Part shown: piece after piece, positions 38,368 to 48,906 of the stretch
Position numbering within the stretch: position 1 is the first letter of the stretch
How the letters are laid out: each line of letters begins with the position of its first letter
Source of the DNA: Candidatus Latescibacterota bacterium
GTDB taxonomy: Bacteria; Latescibacterota; CBDEFO01
Direction: 5' to 3'
NCBI GenBank assembly: GCA_965248755.1
Contig: OZ252149.1
Location: forward strand, 1,952,001-2,016,000
DNA: 64,000 bases
Program-made: the position numbers and the translations under genes
Notes under the pieces: model-generated
What the model saw: the letters and a program-made list of their open reading frames with translations, nothing else
Databases searched by the model: none
What the model was told of the DNA's origin: nothing

Positions 38368-41300
38368 TGGATAAAGATTCTGCCAAAAAGTTAATTCGGG
38401 AAACCTTTCAAAATCCTTTTGACAAGGGACGTTTTGTCTCTTTTGTAAAAAATCTGCTGAATCATATTGAAGATGCCCCTTTTACCTACCAGGGCAATCT
38501 TATTCCCGATAGCTACAAACCTTATATAAGCAAGTATGAAAGAATTGGAAAATACCACAATGGTGAAAACAGGATTGATATACTGATTGTTCACCTTAAT
38601 CGAGAAAAATCAATTGAACGCGCCCGCACCACGCAGCGCAAGTTTATTGCCGGATACTTGCAAGGAAAATACGGTAGTTCGAATGACAAGGAAGCGGCTA
38701 TAGTAGCTTTTGTTTCTCCAAGCGAAGCGGACTGGCGATTTTCTTTAGTTAAAATGGATTACCGCTTGGAAGAGGGGGAAGACGGAAAAGTGAAAGTTAA
38801 ACAAGAACTTACTCATGCCAGGCGTTTTTCTTTTTTAGTAGGCAAAAACGAAAACAGCCATACCGCCCAGAGCCAGTTAGAGCCAATTCTCTCTGATGAT
38901 GAAAACAATCCCTCGCTCAAACAGTTGGAAGAAGCGTTTAGTATCGAAAAAGTTACAAAAGAATTCTTTGAAAAATACCGAGACCTTTTCCTCAAGCTCA
39001 AAGAATCTCTGGATGAGATTGTTAAAAAGGACGAAAAAGTTAAAGCAGACTTTGAAGAAAAGGGCGTTGATACCGTTGATTTTGCGAAAAAACTTATGGG
39101 ACAAGTGTTGTTTTTGTATTTTCTGCAGAAGAAAGGCTGGTTCGGAGTCAAGAGCGGTGAAAAATGGGGTTCGGGGTCAAAGCATTTTTTGCGCGAGCTT
39201 TTTGCTAAAAAACACGGTGATTACAAAAATTTCTTTAACGACATTTTAGAAGTACTTTTTTATGCAGCGTTGCGAAACGACCGTTCACACGATGACCACT
39301 ATTTCAGTCAATTTAGATGCAAGATTCCTTTTTTAAACGGCGGTCTCTTTGATCCAACGAATGATTATGACTGGTATGGGACGGATATTCTTCTTCCAGA
39401 TGAAGTTTTTTCAAATGATTTTAAAACTAAAGAAGACGATACCGGAACTGGAGTTTTAGATGTCTTTGATCGGTATAACTTTACGGTGAAAGAAGACGAG
39501 CCGCTGGAAAAAGAGGTCGCCATTGACCCGGAACTACTGGGCAAAGCCTATGAAAAATTCAACGCCATCCGACCTGACAATTACGAGGAGTTTCAAGCGG
39601 CCCTAAAGAACGGCAAAAAGGGAGCTGAAAACAAATTCAACAAGAAATTCGGCGTCTATTACACGCCCCGCGAAATCGTTCACTATATGTGCAAGCAGAG
39701 TTTGATCAATTATCTTCACGCAGAATTGGAAGGCAAAGTAAGTAAGGAAGCAATCGCGTTCTTAATAATTGATGGAGAAAACCATATCGAATACCTGAAA
39801 ACTGCAAAAATAAAAAAAGATGAAAATCCTGATTATAAAGGAGAATATAAAGAAACTAAATTTAGCAATGAACTCAAAGAATATGCGGACAAAATAGACG
39901 ATTTACTCTCTCAGATAATGATTTGTGATCCGGCTATTGGTTCCGGGGCTTTTCCTGTGGGAATGATGACTGAAATTATTAAAGCGAGGTTGTTTTTCTT
40001 AGAAACTGAATATTTACCTTCAGCTTATATAAACAATCATAAAGAAAAACAAAAAAGGAATGTATACAATTTTAAGCGCGAATGTATTGAGAAATCCCTC
40101 TACGGCGTGGATATCGACCCGGGTGCAGTTGAGGTTGCCAAGTTGCGTCTCTGGCTCTCATTGGTGGTGGACGAAGAAGATATTCGGCAAATCAAGCCTC
40201 TGCCGAATCTGGATTACAAAATCGTGTGCGGAAATTCCTTGCTGGGTGTGCAAACGGACTTGTTTAACAACCAATTGTTTGTCGAGCTGGAGCGCCTGAA
40301 ACCGCTTTACTTTGACGAAACTAATCCAACAAAAAAGCAGGAATACAAAAAACGGATTGATGACTTGATCAGCCAAATTACCGATGGGCATACGGAATTT
40401 GATTTTGAGGTCTATTTCTCGGAAGTTTTCCATGAGAAGAAAGGGTTTGATGTGGTGATTGCTAATCCGCCGTATGTAAGACAAGAAACCCTTGGTAATG
40501 AATTCAAAAAATTAATGAAAAAGAACTATCCTGAAGTGGCAAATGGAATTGCTGATTTATACGTTTATTTTTTTGCTATTGCTTTTAGGCTATTCAAATC
40601 AAAAGGAACTATTACGTTCATAACACCAAATAAATACCTAAAAACAAAGTATGGGCTTCAATTAAGAAATACCTTAAGAAAATATCAAATTGATAAGATT
40701 ATTGATTTCTTTGAATTGCCTGTTTTTGAGGCTGCAAACGATACAGCAATTTCAATTGTTAGAAACGAACATGAAGTTGAAACTACAAAATATTTCCCTG
40801 TGCGTTCTTTGACTAATTTAGATTTAAACATTTTGACTCAAGGAAATTACTTGACACCCCAGAAAAACGATACTGAATGGATTTTTGTTGATAATTTTCA
40901 AAATCAAATTCTTAAAAATTTTATAAAAACTCAATCCCTTTAAAAGAATTTGTAAAAGATAAAATATATCGTGGTATCACAACTGGTTTTAATAAAGCAT
41001 TTGTTTTATCAAAAGAAACAGCTGAAGAATTATTGCGAACAGAAAGCAAAACAACTATCAAAAGATATGCTCAATCAACTACCATAAGAAAATGGTTTAT
41101 AACAGATAAAGAGAAATATTTTTTGGCAACTGGTTATGATATTGATATACCTAAAAAATGTCCAAGTGCCTATAGATTTTTGAAACAATTTGAAGAACAA
41201 CTAATGAAACGGTTAGATAAAGGTAGAAATTGGTGGAATTTACGTGCCTGCAACTATTATAATGCATTTGAAAAGCCCAAAATCATTTATATGCATACAG

Positions 41301-41710
41301 CTAAAAAACATGAATTTTATTTGGATACAGAAGGTTATTATGTCAATAATTCGTGCTATCTGATTGTTTCTGGCGATAAATTTTTGTTAAGTTTTTTAAA
41401 TTCTAAATTGTTTGAATGGTTCAAGCGTTTGAAATTTGTAGCTTATGGTGATGCAGAGGGAGGTGGCCGTTGTAAGCTGGATTACAATAAAATGATAAAC
41501 GTGCCAATAGCAAAAATCTCAAATTCTGACCAACAACCTTTCGTCACCATTGTTGACCACATCCTTGCCATCACCAAAGATGATGATTATCCGCAAAATC
41601 CGCAAAAGCAGGCAAAGGTAAAAGCGCTGGAGGGGGAGAGTGACCAGATGGTTTACCAACTCTACGACCTGACTGAGGAGGAGATACGCATTGTGAAAGG
41701 TGAGAAATAA
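38367..41710 (+). CDS. Eco57I/TaqI-like N6-adenine DNA methyltransferase with C-terminal TRD, frameshifted at about 40916
   Basis: LNGGLF, YYTPREIV, DPAIGSGAF, NPPY; downstream RGITTG, LRACNYY..FEKPKI and VYQLYDLTEEEI. Confidence 0.88.
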
Positions 41711-41845
41711 ACAGATTCATCGGCAACAAGGCTTGCAGCTATATAGCTATATGGCCGCAATATCGGCTTGCTTATTCATAGAAATTGTTTTACTTTGACG
41801 TATTACCGGGGACTTGACAATAATTTTTTTGAAAGGTACTTGAAT

Positions 41846-42079
41846 ATGAAATTACAGCGCACTATCAAAGCTGTCATCCGGCCGGGTGAACAATCGGGAT
41901 ACGTTGCTGAATGTATGGAAATTCCGGTCGTCACCCAGGGGGCTACCCTTGATGAAGTTACGCAAAATCTTCAGGAGGCGGTGCAACTTCATCTCGAAGG
42001 CGAGGATGTTGCAGAGCTTGGTTTGGCTTCCAATCCCACCATCCTGGTGACCCTGGAACTGGAACCGGCGTATGCCTAA
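41846..42079 (+). CDS. hicB: HicB-family antitoxin
   Basis: YVAEC...VTQGATLDEV..NLQEAV.LHLE. Confidence 0.85.
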   Translation: MKLQRTIKAVIRPGEQSGYVAECMEIPVVTQGATLDEVTQNLQEAVQLHLEGEDVAELGLASNPTILVTLELEPAYA

Positions 42080-42314
42080 GCTGCGCCGTTTATCAGGTCC
42101 CGCTGTAGTTCGGATTCTGGAAGATTTTGGCTTTCTTATGTTTTCACAGAGAGGGAGTCATATCAAATTAAGGCGAATAACCGAGACAGGGGAAAAACAG
42201 ACTCTCACCATCCCGAACCACAAACAATTAGATACGGGAACTTGTAAGGCTATTTTTCGACAGGCCACTCGATTTATCACTGCGGACGAATTGCGTCCCC
42301 ATTTTTATGAGTGA
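42072..42314 (+). CDS. hicA: HicA-family toxin
   Basis: LEDFGF...QRGSH...TIPNH...GT..AI.RQA; overlaps the hicB end. Confidence 0.88.
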   Translation: MPKLRRLSGPAVVRILEDFGFLMFSQRGSHIKLRRITETGEKQTLTIPNHKQLDTGTCKAIFRQATRFITADELRPHFYE

Positions 42315-42554
42315 AAAGAGGAAACACGGATTGTGGAGAATTCCAATAAGAAATGAAAAGTATTATGACCTCCCTTGAATCTCTCAGTACTCAAAATCCA
42401 GTTACGAGATTTGAGCAACTTTTGCCTAAAAAATATCATAATATCTGATTGACAAGGAGAACAGTGTAACGATTTCATTTCATTCGGTCGCCTTGGTGGC
42501 AGATGACTTCACTGGTTCATCGAAAATCTTAGCTCGAAATTAGGGGAACTCCTT

Positions 42555-43322
42555 ATGAGACTTAAAGACAAAGTAGCTATCATAACTGGGGCAGCTTCGG
42601 GAATCGGAAGAGCGTCAGCACAGCTATTCGCAAAGGAGGGAGCAAGTGTTGTCGCAGTTGACTTAAACGAAGAGGGCGGTAAAGAGACTGTGGAGTCCAT
42701 CGCAAGAATAGGCGGCCAAGCCGTATTCCTCAAGTCGGATGTCTCCAGATCCCAGGACTCCAGGAATATGATAGACACAGCCGTAGATCGGTACGGCGGT
42801 CTGGACGTGCTCTTCAACAACGCGGGCACAGCGGTCTTCAAGAGCCTGTTAGATCACGAGGAGGAGGACTGGGACAGGGTCCTGAACGTCAATTTAAAAG
42901 CTGTATTTTTAGCCTCTAAATACGCCGTCCCTCACATGCTCAAGCGGCAAGGCGGCTCGATAATAAATACGGCGTCTGTGCACGGCTTCGCCACAGGCAC
43001 GCACGCTACTTCCTACGCTGCCTCGAAATCAGGCATCATCGGACTTACAAGGGCGATCGCATTAGAACATGCAAGGGACAATATAAGGGTGAACTGTATA
43101 TTGCCCGGAGCTGTCGAAACGCCTCTTATGAGAACCAATTTGAGAGCTGTGGGAGACGAGGAGGAACAGTTCGAGAACATATCACAAAGAGAACCCGTAG
43201 GCAGAGTGGGCAGACCTGATGAGATAGCCAAAGCCGCCCTCTTTTTAGCCTCAGACGAATCCTCGTTTGCTACAGGGGCGCCTTTTATTATAGACGGAGG
43301 CCTGCTCGCACAGCTCGTGTAA
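42555..43322 (+). CDS. SDR-family oxidoreductase
   Basis: TGAASGIG, NNAG, YAASK and PG..ETP motifs. Confidence 0.92.
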   Translation: MRLKDKVAIITGAASGIGRASAQLFAKEGASVVAVDLNEEGGKETVESIARIGGQAVFLKSDVSRSQDSRNMIDTAVDRYGGLDVLFNNAGTAVFKSLLDHEEEDWDRVLNVNLKAVFLASKYAVPHMLKRQGGSIINTASVHGFATGTHATSYAASKSGIIGLTRAIALEHARDNIRVNCILPGAVETPLMRTNLRAVGDEEEQFENISQREPVGRVGRPDEIAKAALFLASDESSFATGAPFIIDGGLLAQLV

Positions 43323-43445
43323 AGAATCGGTTTGTAAAGAATCGAAGCAAAAGAGACAGGACTCGGTTGTCTGGCGATCAGGGGGAAAGAGTTTTCCAGT
43401 TGTGTCTGAAATGTGTCATCTGATTAACACTAATACACTAGGAAG

Positions 43446-44546
43446 ATGTCCCAAGAACCTAAAATCAAATCCTCGTCCCAGCTGGCCATATCGTTCAGAA
43501 GACTGAGGCGGCATAGAGCGGCCACTGCAGGCGGAATTATTCTCGCTGTCCTCTACTTTTCCGCCATATTCGCCGACTTTATCGCCCCTTACCCTTATGA
43601 TCTTCAGCACAAAAGAAAACCTTATCATCCCCCAACGTCCATTCACTTTTTCAGAGGGGACGGAAGTTACAGCTTCAGGCCCTTTGTCTATGACTATAAA
43701 GTCGAATTCGATCCTCAGACATACGAAAGGATATACACGCCGCTAAAGGAATTATATATATACCTCTTCGTGAGGGGCGAGGAGCACGAAATTTTGGGAC
43801 TCATCCCCACTGCTTGGCACCTTTTCGGTCTGAAAGAAAAAGACAAAAGAATATTTCTAATGGGCAGCGACGTTCAGGGAAGAGACATTTTCTCAAGGAT
43901 CTTCTACGGAGGGAGAGTATCGTTATCAATCGGCATTGTAGGCGTTATTGTTTCATTTTCCATTGGAACCATAGTCGGAGGGATCTCAGGGTACTTCGGA
44001 GGACAGACTGACAATATACTAATGAGACTTGTTGAAGTGATAATGATGATCCCAGGGTTTTACCTCCTCCTTGCCTTGAGAGCCGTCTTCCCTCTTTCGC
44101 TCTCCTCTGTGCAAGTCTATCTTATGATCGTCATAATCCTGGGATTCATAGGCTGGGCAGGACTTGCAAGGGTCATAAGAGGACTCGTTCTTTCCATAAG
44201 GGAAAGAGAATACGTTCAGGGCGCCCAAGCCCTCGGAGCCGGCAACCTCAGAATCGTAGTCCGTCACATCTTGCCCAACACACTCTCGTACACCATCGTG
44301 GCAGCCACGCTGAGCATCCCCAGCTATATACTCGGAGAAGCGGCTCTGAGTCTTCTAGGCCTTGGCATAAGGGAACCCCAGGCAAGCTGGGGCAACATGC
44401 TCAGTGTAGCGATGAGCGCAAGCAACATCCAGCGTCACCCATGGATACTCATCCCAGGAGTGGTGATATTCATTACCATCACAGCCTTCAACTTTTTGGG
44501 AGACGGAGTAAGAGATGCCTTTGATCCCAAGGGGGAGATAAAATAA
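43446..44546 (+). CDS. oppC: Oligopeptide ABC permease (OppC-like)
   Basis: [18 protein letters not shown] and HILPN motifs. Confidence 0.88.
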   Translation: MSQEPKIKSSSQLAISFRRLRRHRAATAGGIILAVLYFSAIFADFIAPYPYDLQHKRKPYHPPTSIHFFRGDGSYSFRPFVYDYKVEFDPQTYERIYTPLKELYIYLFVRGEEHEILGLIPTAWHLFGLKEKDKRIFLMGSDVQGRDIFSRIFYGGRVSLSIGIVGVIVSFSIGTIVGGISGYFGGQTDNILMRLVEVIMMIPGFYLLLALRAVFPLSLSSVQVYLMIVIILGFIGWAGLARVIRGLVLSIREREYVQGAQALGAGNLRIVVRHILPNTLSYTIVAATLSIPSYILGEAALSLLGLGIREPQASWGNMLSVAMSASNIQRHPWILIPGVVIFITITAFNFLGDGVRDAFDPKGEIK

Positions 44547-44551
44547 ATGCA

Positions 44552-45556
44552 ATGAATGACTCACTCTTACAGGTAAAAGATCTAAAGACCTACTTCCATA
44601 CAGATGACGGAGTGGCTAAAGCCGTGGATGGAGTCAGCTTCGAAATAGCAAAGGGAGAGACTCTAGGCTTAGTTGGAGAGTCTGGTTGCGGGAAGAGCGT
44701 GACATCTCTTAGCATAATGAGGCTCATTCCCGATCCCCCTGGAAGAATTGAGGGAGGTGAGGTCATCTTCAAAGGCAGAGACTTACTGGGGATCAGCGAA
44801 GCCGAAATGAGAAAAGTCAGAGGGAATGATATCTCGATGATATTTCAAGAACCCATGACATCTCTTAATCCTGTTTTCACCTGCGGAAACCAGATAGCGG
44901 AGGCCATCATCCTCCATCAGGGGCTGAGCAAGAAAGGAGCCAGGGAAAAGAGCATAGAAATGTTAAAAATGGTGGGTATTTCTGCCCCTGAACAGAGAGT
45001 GGACGAATATCCCCATCAACTTTCGGGAGGAATGAGACAGAGGATAATGATAGCCATGGCGCTCTCCTGCAACCCCGGACTTCTGATCGCGGACGAACCC
45101 ACAACAGCCTTGGACGTGACGATTCAAGCCCAGATATTAGAACTCCTTGAACGACTTCAAGCAGAATTCCACATGGCTATATTGATAATCACGCACGATC
45201 TTGGAGTAATAGCCGAAGTTGCAGACAGAGTCGCCGTTATGTACGCCGGAAAGATCGTCGAATACACAGATGTCGAAGGAGTATTCAACGATCCGAAGCA
45301 CCCTTACACCATAGGACTCTTGGAATCCATCCCCAAACTCGGCCAGAAGAAAGAACGGCTCTTAGTTATCCCCGGCAGCGTGCCTGACGCGGCTGATTTC
45401 CCGTCCGGATGCAGGTTTAACCCCAGATGCAGCCTGGCAGACGAAAGGTGTAAAGTGGAAGAACCACCGCTCTTTAAGATCGGAGAAAACCACAGCGCGG
45501 CGTGTTGGAAAATAGAGGAAGTGGACAACCTCAAACAAGTAGCCAGCAAACAGTAG
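44552..45556 (+). CDS. oppD: Oligopeptide ABC ATPase (OppD-like)
   Basis: [25 protein letters not shown] and C-terminal CRFNPRC. Confidence 0.9.
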   Translation: MNDSLLQVKDLKTYFHTDDGVAKAVDGVSFEIAKGETLGLVGESGCGKSVTSLSIMRLIPDPPGRIEGGEVIFKGRDLLGISEAEMRKVRGNDISMIFQEPMTSLNPVFTCGNQIAEAIILHQGLSKKGAREKSIEMLKMVGISAPEQRVDEYPHQLSGGMRQRIMIAMALSCNPGLLIADEPTTALDVTIQAQILELLERLQAEFHMAILIITHDLGVIAEVADRVAVMYAGKIVEYTDVEGVFNDPKHPYTIGLLESIPKLGQKKERLLVIPGSVPDAADFPSGCRFNPRCSLADERCKVEEPPLFKIGENHSAACWKIEEVDNLKQVASKQ

Positions 45557-45579
45557 CCCCCGATAGATTCAATCGGGGG
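45557..45579. repeat. Palindrome copy 6, flanked by TAG on both sides
   Basis: CAGTAG CCCCCGAT AGATTCA ATCGGGGG TAGACAG. Confidence 0.9.
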
Positions 45580-45599
45580 TAGACAGGGCACCTCACCCT

Positions 45600-45775
45600 T
45601 CCCTTGAGATTGCTTCGGGGCTTTGCCCCTCGCAATGACTAAGGCAAAAACAAGCAACGTCATTGTGAGCAAAGCAAAGCAATCTTGTAGACAGTAGACA
45701 CTTCACCCCTTCTCCGTATAATGTAGGAGCTGGGTTACCCAGCCCTTGGGGCGAGGGAACCTCGCCCCTACGAAT
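45600..45775. repeat. REP-like cluster: GAGATTGCTTCG..TCGCAATGAC and its inverse, GTAGAC heptads, and a GTAG-type hairpin pair
   Basis: GAGATTGCTTCGGGGCTTTGCCCCTCGCAATGAC / GTCATTGTGAG..AAGCAATCT; GTAGGAGCTGGGTTACCCAGCCC..GGGCGAGGGAACCTCGCCCCTAC. Confidence 0.75.
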
Positions 45776-45820
45776 ACGCAGTCTACTTATGTTTGACTTG
45801 ATACTTAATACCCGAACCCT

Positions 45821-46807
45821 ATGGCAGAGAACCACACGATATTAGAGGTCAGCGACCTCAAGAAGTATTTCCCCATAAAAAAAGGCATTTTTTCCAGAAC
45901 TGTCGGTCACGTCAAAGCCGTAGACGGCGTATTCTTCTCTATTAAAAAGGGGGAGACATTAGGTCTTGTAGGCGAAAGCGGCTGCGGTAAGACTACGACG
46001 GGGAGACTCATCCTCAGACTCATAGACCCCACCCAGGGAAAAGTCACCTTCGACGGGGTGGACATATTCTCCCTTGAGAAAAGACAGATGAGAGCGATGC
46101 GCCGAAGGATGCAGATAATCTTCCAGGACCCGTACAGTTCCCTTAATCCCAGAATGACCGTGGGAGGTATGTTGAAGGAAGCCATAAAGATACACAAGCT
46201 TGTCCCCAAGGATGGGATAAAGGACCGAATAGCCGAACTGCTGAGGGTCGTAGGCCTTTCGCCCGACCATATACGGCGTTACCCTCACGAATTCAGCGGT
46301 GGACAGAGACAGAGGATAGGAATAGCCAGAGCCTTAGCTGTAAATCCCGACTTCATTATCGCGGACGAACCGGTCTCCGCCCTCGACGTCTCAATCCAGG
46401 CTCAGATACTCAACCTTCTGCAGGATCTCCAGGACCAATTTAACCTGACCTATCTTTTCATAGCGCACAACTTAAGCGTAGTAGAACACATATCCGCTAA
46501 AGTAGCCGTGATGTACCTTGGGCGCATCGTGGAAATGGCAGACCGCAAAGCCCTCTACGCATCGCCACAACATCCCTATACACAAGCCCTGATGTCCGCC
46601 ATCCCCGAACCAGTGCCGAAGAAGAAAAAAGACAGGACAGTCCTTACAGGAGACGTCCCGAGCCCTGCTGCCATACCCTCAGGATGCCCTTTCCATCCAA
46701 GATGTCCCGAAAGGATAGAGCAATGCAAAACTATAGTGCCCCAATTAAAGGACATAGGGGATGGACATCTTGTCTCCTGCATAAGGAGGGGGGAAAAGGC
46801 TGTGTGA
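45821..46807 (+). CDS. oppF: Oligopeptide ABC ATPase (OppF-like)
   Basis: [24 protein letters not shown] and CPFHPRC. Confidence 0.9.
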   Translation: MAENHTILEVSDLKKYFPIKKGIFSRTVGHVKAVDGVFFSIKKGETLGLVGESGCGKTTTGRLILRLIDPTQGKVTFDGVDIFSLEKRQMRAMRRRMQIIFQDPYSSLNPRMTVGGMLKEAIKIHKLVPKDGIKDRIAELLRVVGLSPDHIRRYPHEFSGGQRQRIGIARALAVNPDFIIADEPVSALDVSIQAQILNLLQDLQDQFNLTYLFIAHNLSVVEHISAKVAVMYLGRIVEMADRKALYASPQHPYTQALMSAIPEPVPKKKKDRTVLTGDVPSPAAIPSGCPFHPRCPERIEQCKTIVPQLKDIGDGHLVSCIRRGEKAV

Positions 46808-46881
46808 AACTGAGTGAAAACAGACAGTATAACAGACATTCTTGTCTGTACAGTAGACAGTTGAGATTACTTCGTCAGCCC

Positions 46882-46904
46882 TCCCCGATAGATTCAATCG
46901 GGGA
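46882..46904. repeat. Palindrome copy 7, followed by a partial extra arm
   Basis: TCCCCGAT AGATTCA ATCGGGGA then TTGAATCGGGGGG. Confidence 0.9.
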
Positions 46905-47030
46905 TTGAATCGGGGGGAAATGCCTGACCCACCACACTTGGGGAAAGCCCTTACTGAATCTCTACAGACAGTAGACAGACCGATTTTGGGAACTTACAAA
47001 CCACTTAGGTGTCATTACACATTATGTAGT

Positions 47031-48656
47031 CCCCCATTCGCCATATTAGACCCGAAAAATGGTTGTCAAAGTCGCCAGAACATGTTATATTACAATAAAT
47101 AAGACTCATAAATGGCGGATAAATATTGATCATCCAGAGGGTGAAAGAATGAAAGTAGGTTTTGATGGAGGAATAAAGCTTGAATTTCATGGTGCAAAGG
47201 TGACATCAAACGGTGGACTTCTTGCGTATCGTGACCTTGATTACGCACTGGGATTATTTGATTCGGTATCAGCGGTTTTTACCGATAAACGCACAGGCCG
47301 TAATATCCAACATGATATATCTACTCTCCTGCGTCAATCGATATACAGCCGTCTTGCAGGATATGAAGATGTAAATGACGCCGAGCGATTATCCGTTGAT
47401 CCCGTCATGCGAGCGATTACCGGAAAGAAGGACAAAGGCAGGCAAGCTGCCAGCTCCAACACGATAGGACGTTTTGAAACTGATATACTGACTCAGCATG
47501 ACAATCTCAGAAACTTGTCAGATATCAATGGCAAGTGGGTTCAAAAAGCGATGAGTAAAACACAGCATCAACGAATCATTCTGGACATGGACAGTTCGGA
47601 GAGTCCGGTACATGGCCAGCAGGAAGGATCAGCTTACAACGGTCATTTCGGATGTACCTGTTTTCATCCAGTGTTCTGCTTCAATCAGTTCGGGGATTGT
47701 GAAGGAGTCCTACTTCGCTCTGGTAATGTTCACAGTGCTGATCGTTGGAAGGAAGTTCTGGAACCGATCGTCAAGAGATACGAGAGCAAGAAGAATAGGA
47801 AATACTTTCGAGGCGATGCTGCATTCGCAAAGCCTGAGATTTATGATTATCTGGAGGGAAACGGCTATTTGTATGCCATTCGGCTTCCCGCAAATGAGAT
47901 ACTCTATGAAAAGATACGATACCTGCTGACTCGGCCAGTTGGACGACCGCCGAGGAAACCGATTGTATCGTTATATGAATTTCAATATAAAGCGGCCAGT
48001 TGGGATCAATCGAGGCGAGTGGTCGCCAAGGTTGAATGGCACCAAGGGGAGTTATTCCCAAGAGTGGGATTTATCGTGACCAACATGAGCGCCAAGCCAG
48101 AAGGCGTGGTACACTTCTACAATGGCCGTGGCAGAGCTGAGCAGTGGATTAAGGAGGGCAAGTATGCTCTGAACTGGACCCGACTCTCATGCAAGCGTTT
48201 CGTCTCCAATCAGGTGAGGCTCTGGCTGTTTGTTCTGGCTTACAACTTGGGCAACTTCCTGCGACGTTTTGTTCTTCCGAAGAAAATCAAACACTGGTCA
48301 CTACGCAGCCTCCTCGTGAAATTTATCAAAATCGGAGCGAAGATTGTCAGACACAGCGGATATATTACGTTTCAAATGGCTGAGGTTGGGATAGACAAGA
48401 GGTTATTTGCCGAAATATTATCCCGGATTGAACGATTGCGATGTTATTCTGTTTAAACTGCCACATTTTTTTGTGAGTCGATGGAGAGGTGTCTCTAATT
48501 GGAGGATTTAAACACAAAGAAAGTGATAATTCAGAGGAAAATACTATTTTAATTGAAAAAAGTACTTGTTGAAAAATGTAAAAGTGGTAATATTAATTCA
48601 GAAACAAGAATGTATCGAAATATAATCCCTCATGAATGTGATATGGGGAATGTCGG
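47031..48656 (+). mobile_element. IS1380-family element
   Basis: Imperfect TIRs CCCCCATTCGCCATAT and ATATGGGGAATGTCGG around the transposase. Confidence 0.8.
47149..48456 (+). CDS. IS1380 transposase (DDE_Tnp_1_4)
   Basis: GYEDVNDA, LDMDSS, FRGDAAF and YNGRGRAEQWIKEGK motifs. Confidence 0.92.
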   Translation: MKVGFDGGIKLEFHGAKVTSNGGLLAYRDLDYALGLFDSVSAVFTDKRTGRNIQHDISTLLRQSIYSRLAGYEDVNDAERLSVDPVMRAITGKKDKGRQAASSNTIGRFETDILTQHDNLRNLSDINGKWVQKAMSKTQHQRIILDMDSSESPVHGQQEGSAYNGHFGCTCFHPVFCFNQFGDCEGVLLRSGNVHSADRWKEVLEPIVKRYESKKNRKYFRGDAAFAKPEIYDYLEGNGYLYAIRLPANEILYEKIRYLLTRPVGRPPRKPIVSLYEFQYKAASWDQSRRVVAKVEWHQGELFPRVGFIVTNMSAKPEGVVHFYNGRGRAEQWIKEGKYALNWTRLSCKRFVSNQVRLWLFVLAYNLGNFLRRFVLPKKIKHWSLRSLLVKFIKIGAKIVRHSGYITFQMAEVGIDKRLFAEILSRIERLRCYSV

Positions 48657-48659
48657 TTC

Positions 48660-48835
48660 TTATGCCTTAACGTCGTTCCTATCGTCCTGCCGCCGCTACG
48701 CGAGCATATCGAGGACCTTCCCTTTTTCCTTGTCGATTACTTTATTGAGAAATACAATCAGGAGTTAGGTGGAAGGGTTAAGGGGGTATCGTCAGAGGTG
48801 ATGCAGGCATTTTTGTCCTACTCCTGGCCGGGTAA
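48660..48835 (+). pseudogene. Fragment of a sigma54 activator (NtrC-type AAA+)
   Basis: LNVVPIVLPPLREHIEDLP...YSWPG motif directly after the IS1380 end. Confidence 0.8.
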
Positions 48836-48906
48836 ATCCGGGGTAGTACCTCAAAACTGCCCTGCTGGGGCCAGCTTCATAAAGACAACCAAAAGGAGAT
48901 GCAAAA

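Noticed and set aside
45304..45835. Minus-strand ORFs across the oppD-oppF spacer
   Set aside because: They are translations of repeat DNA and of the antisense strand of oppD.
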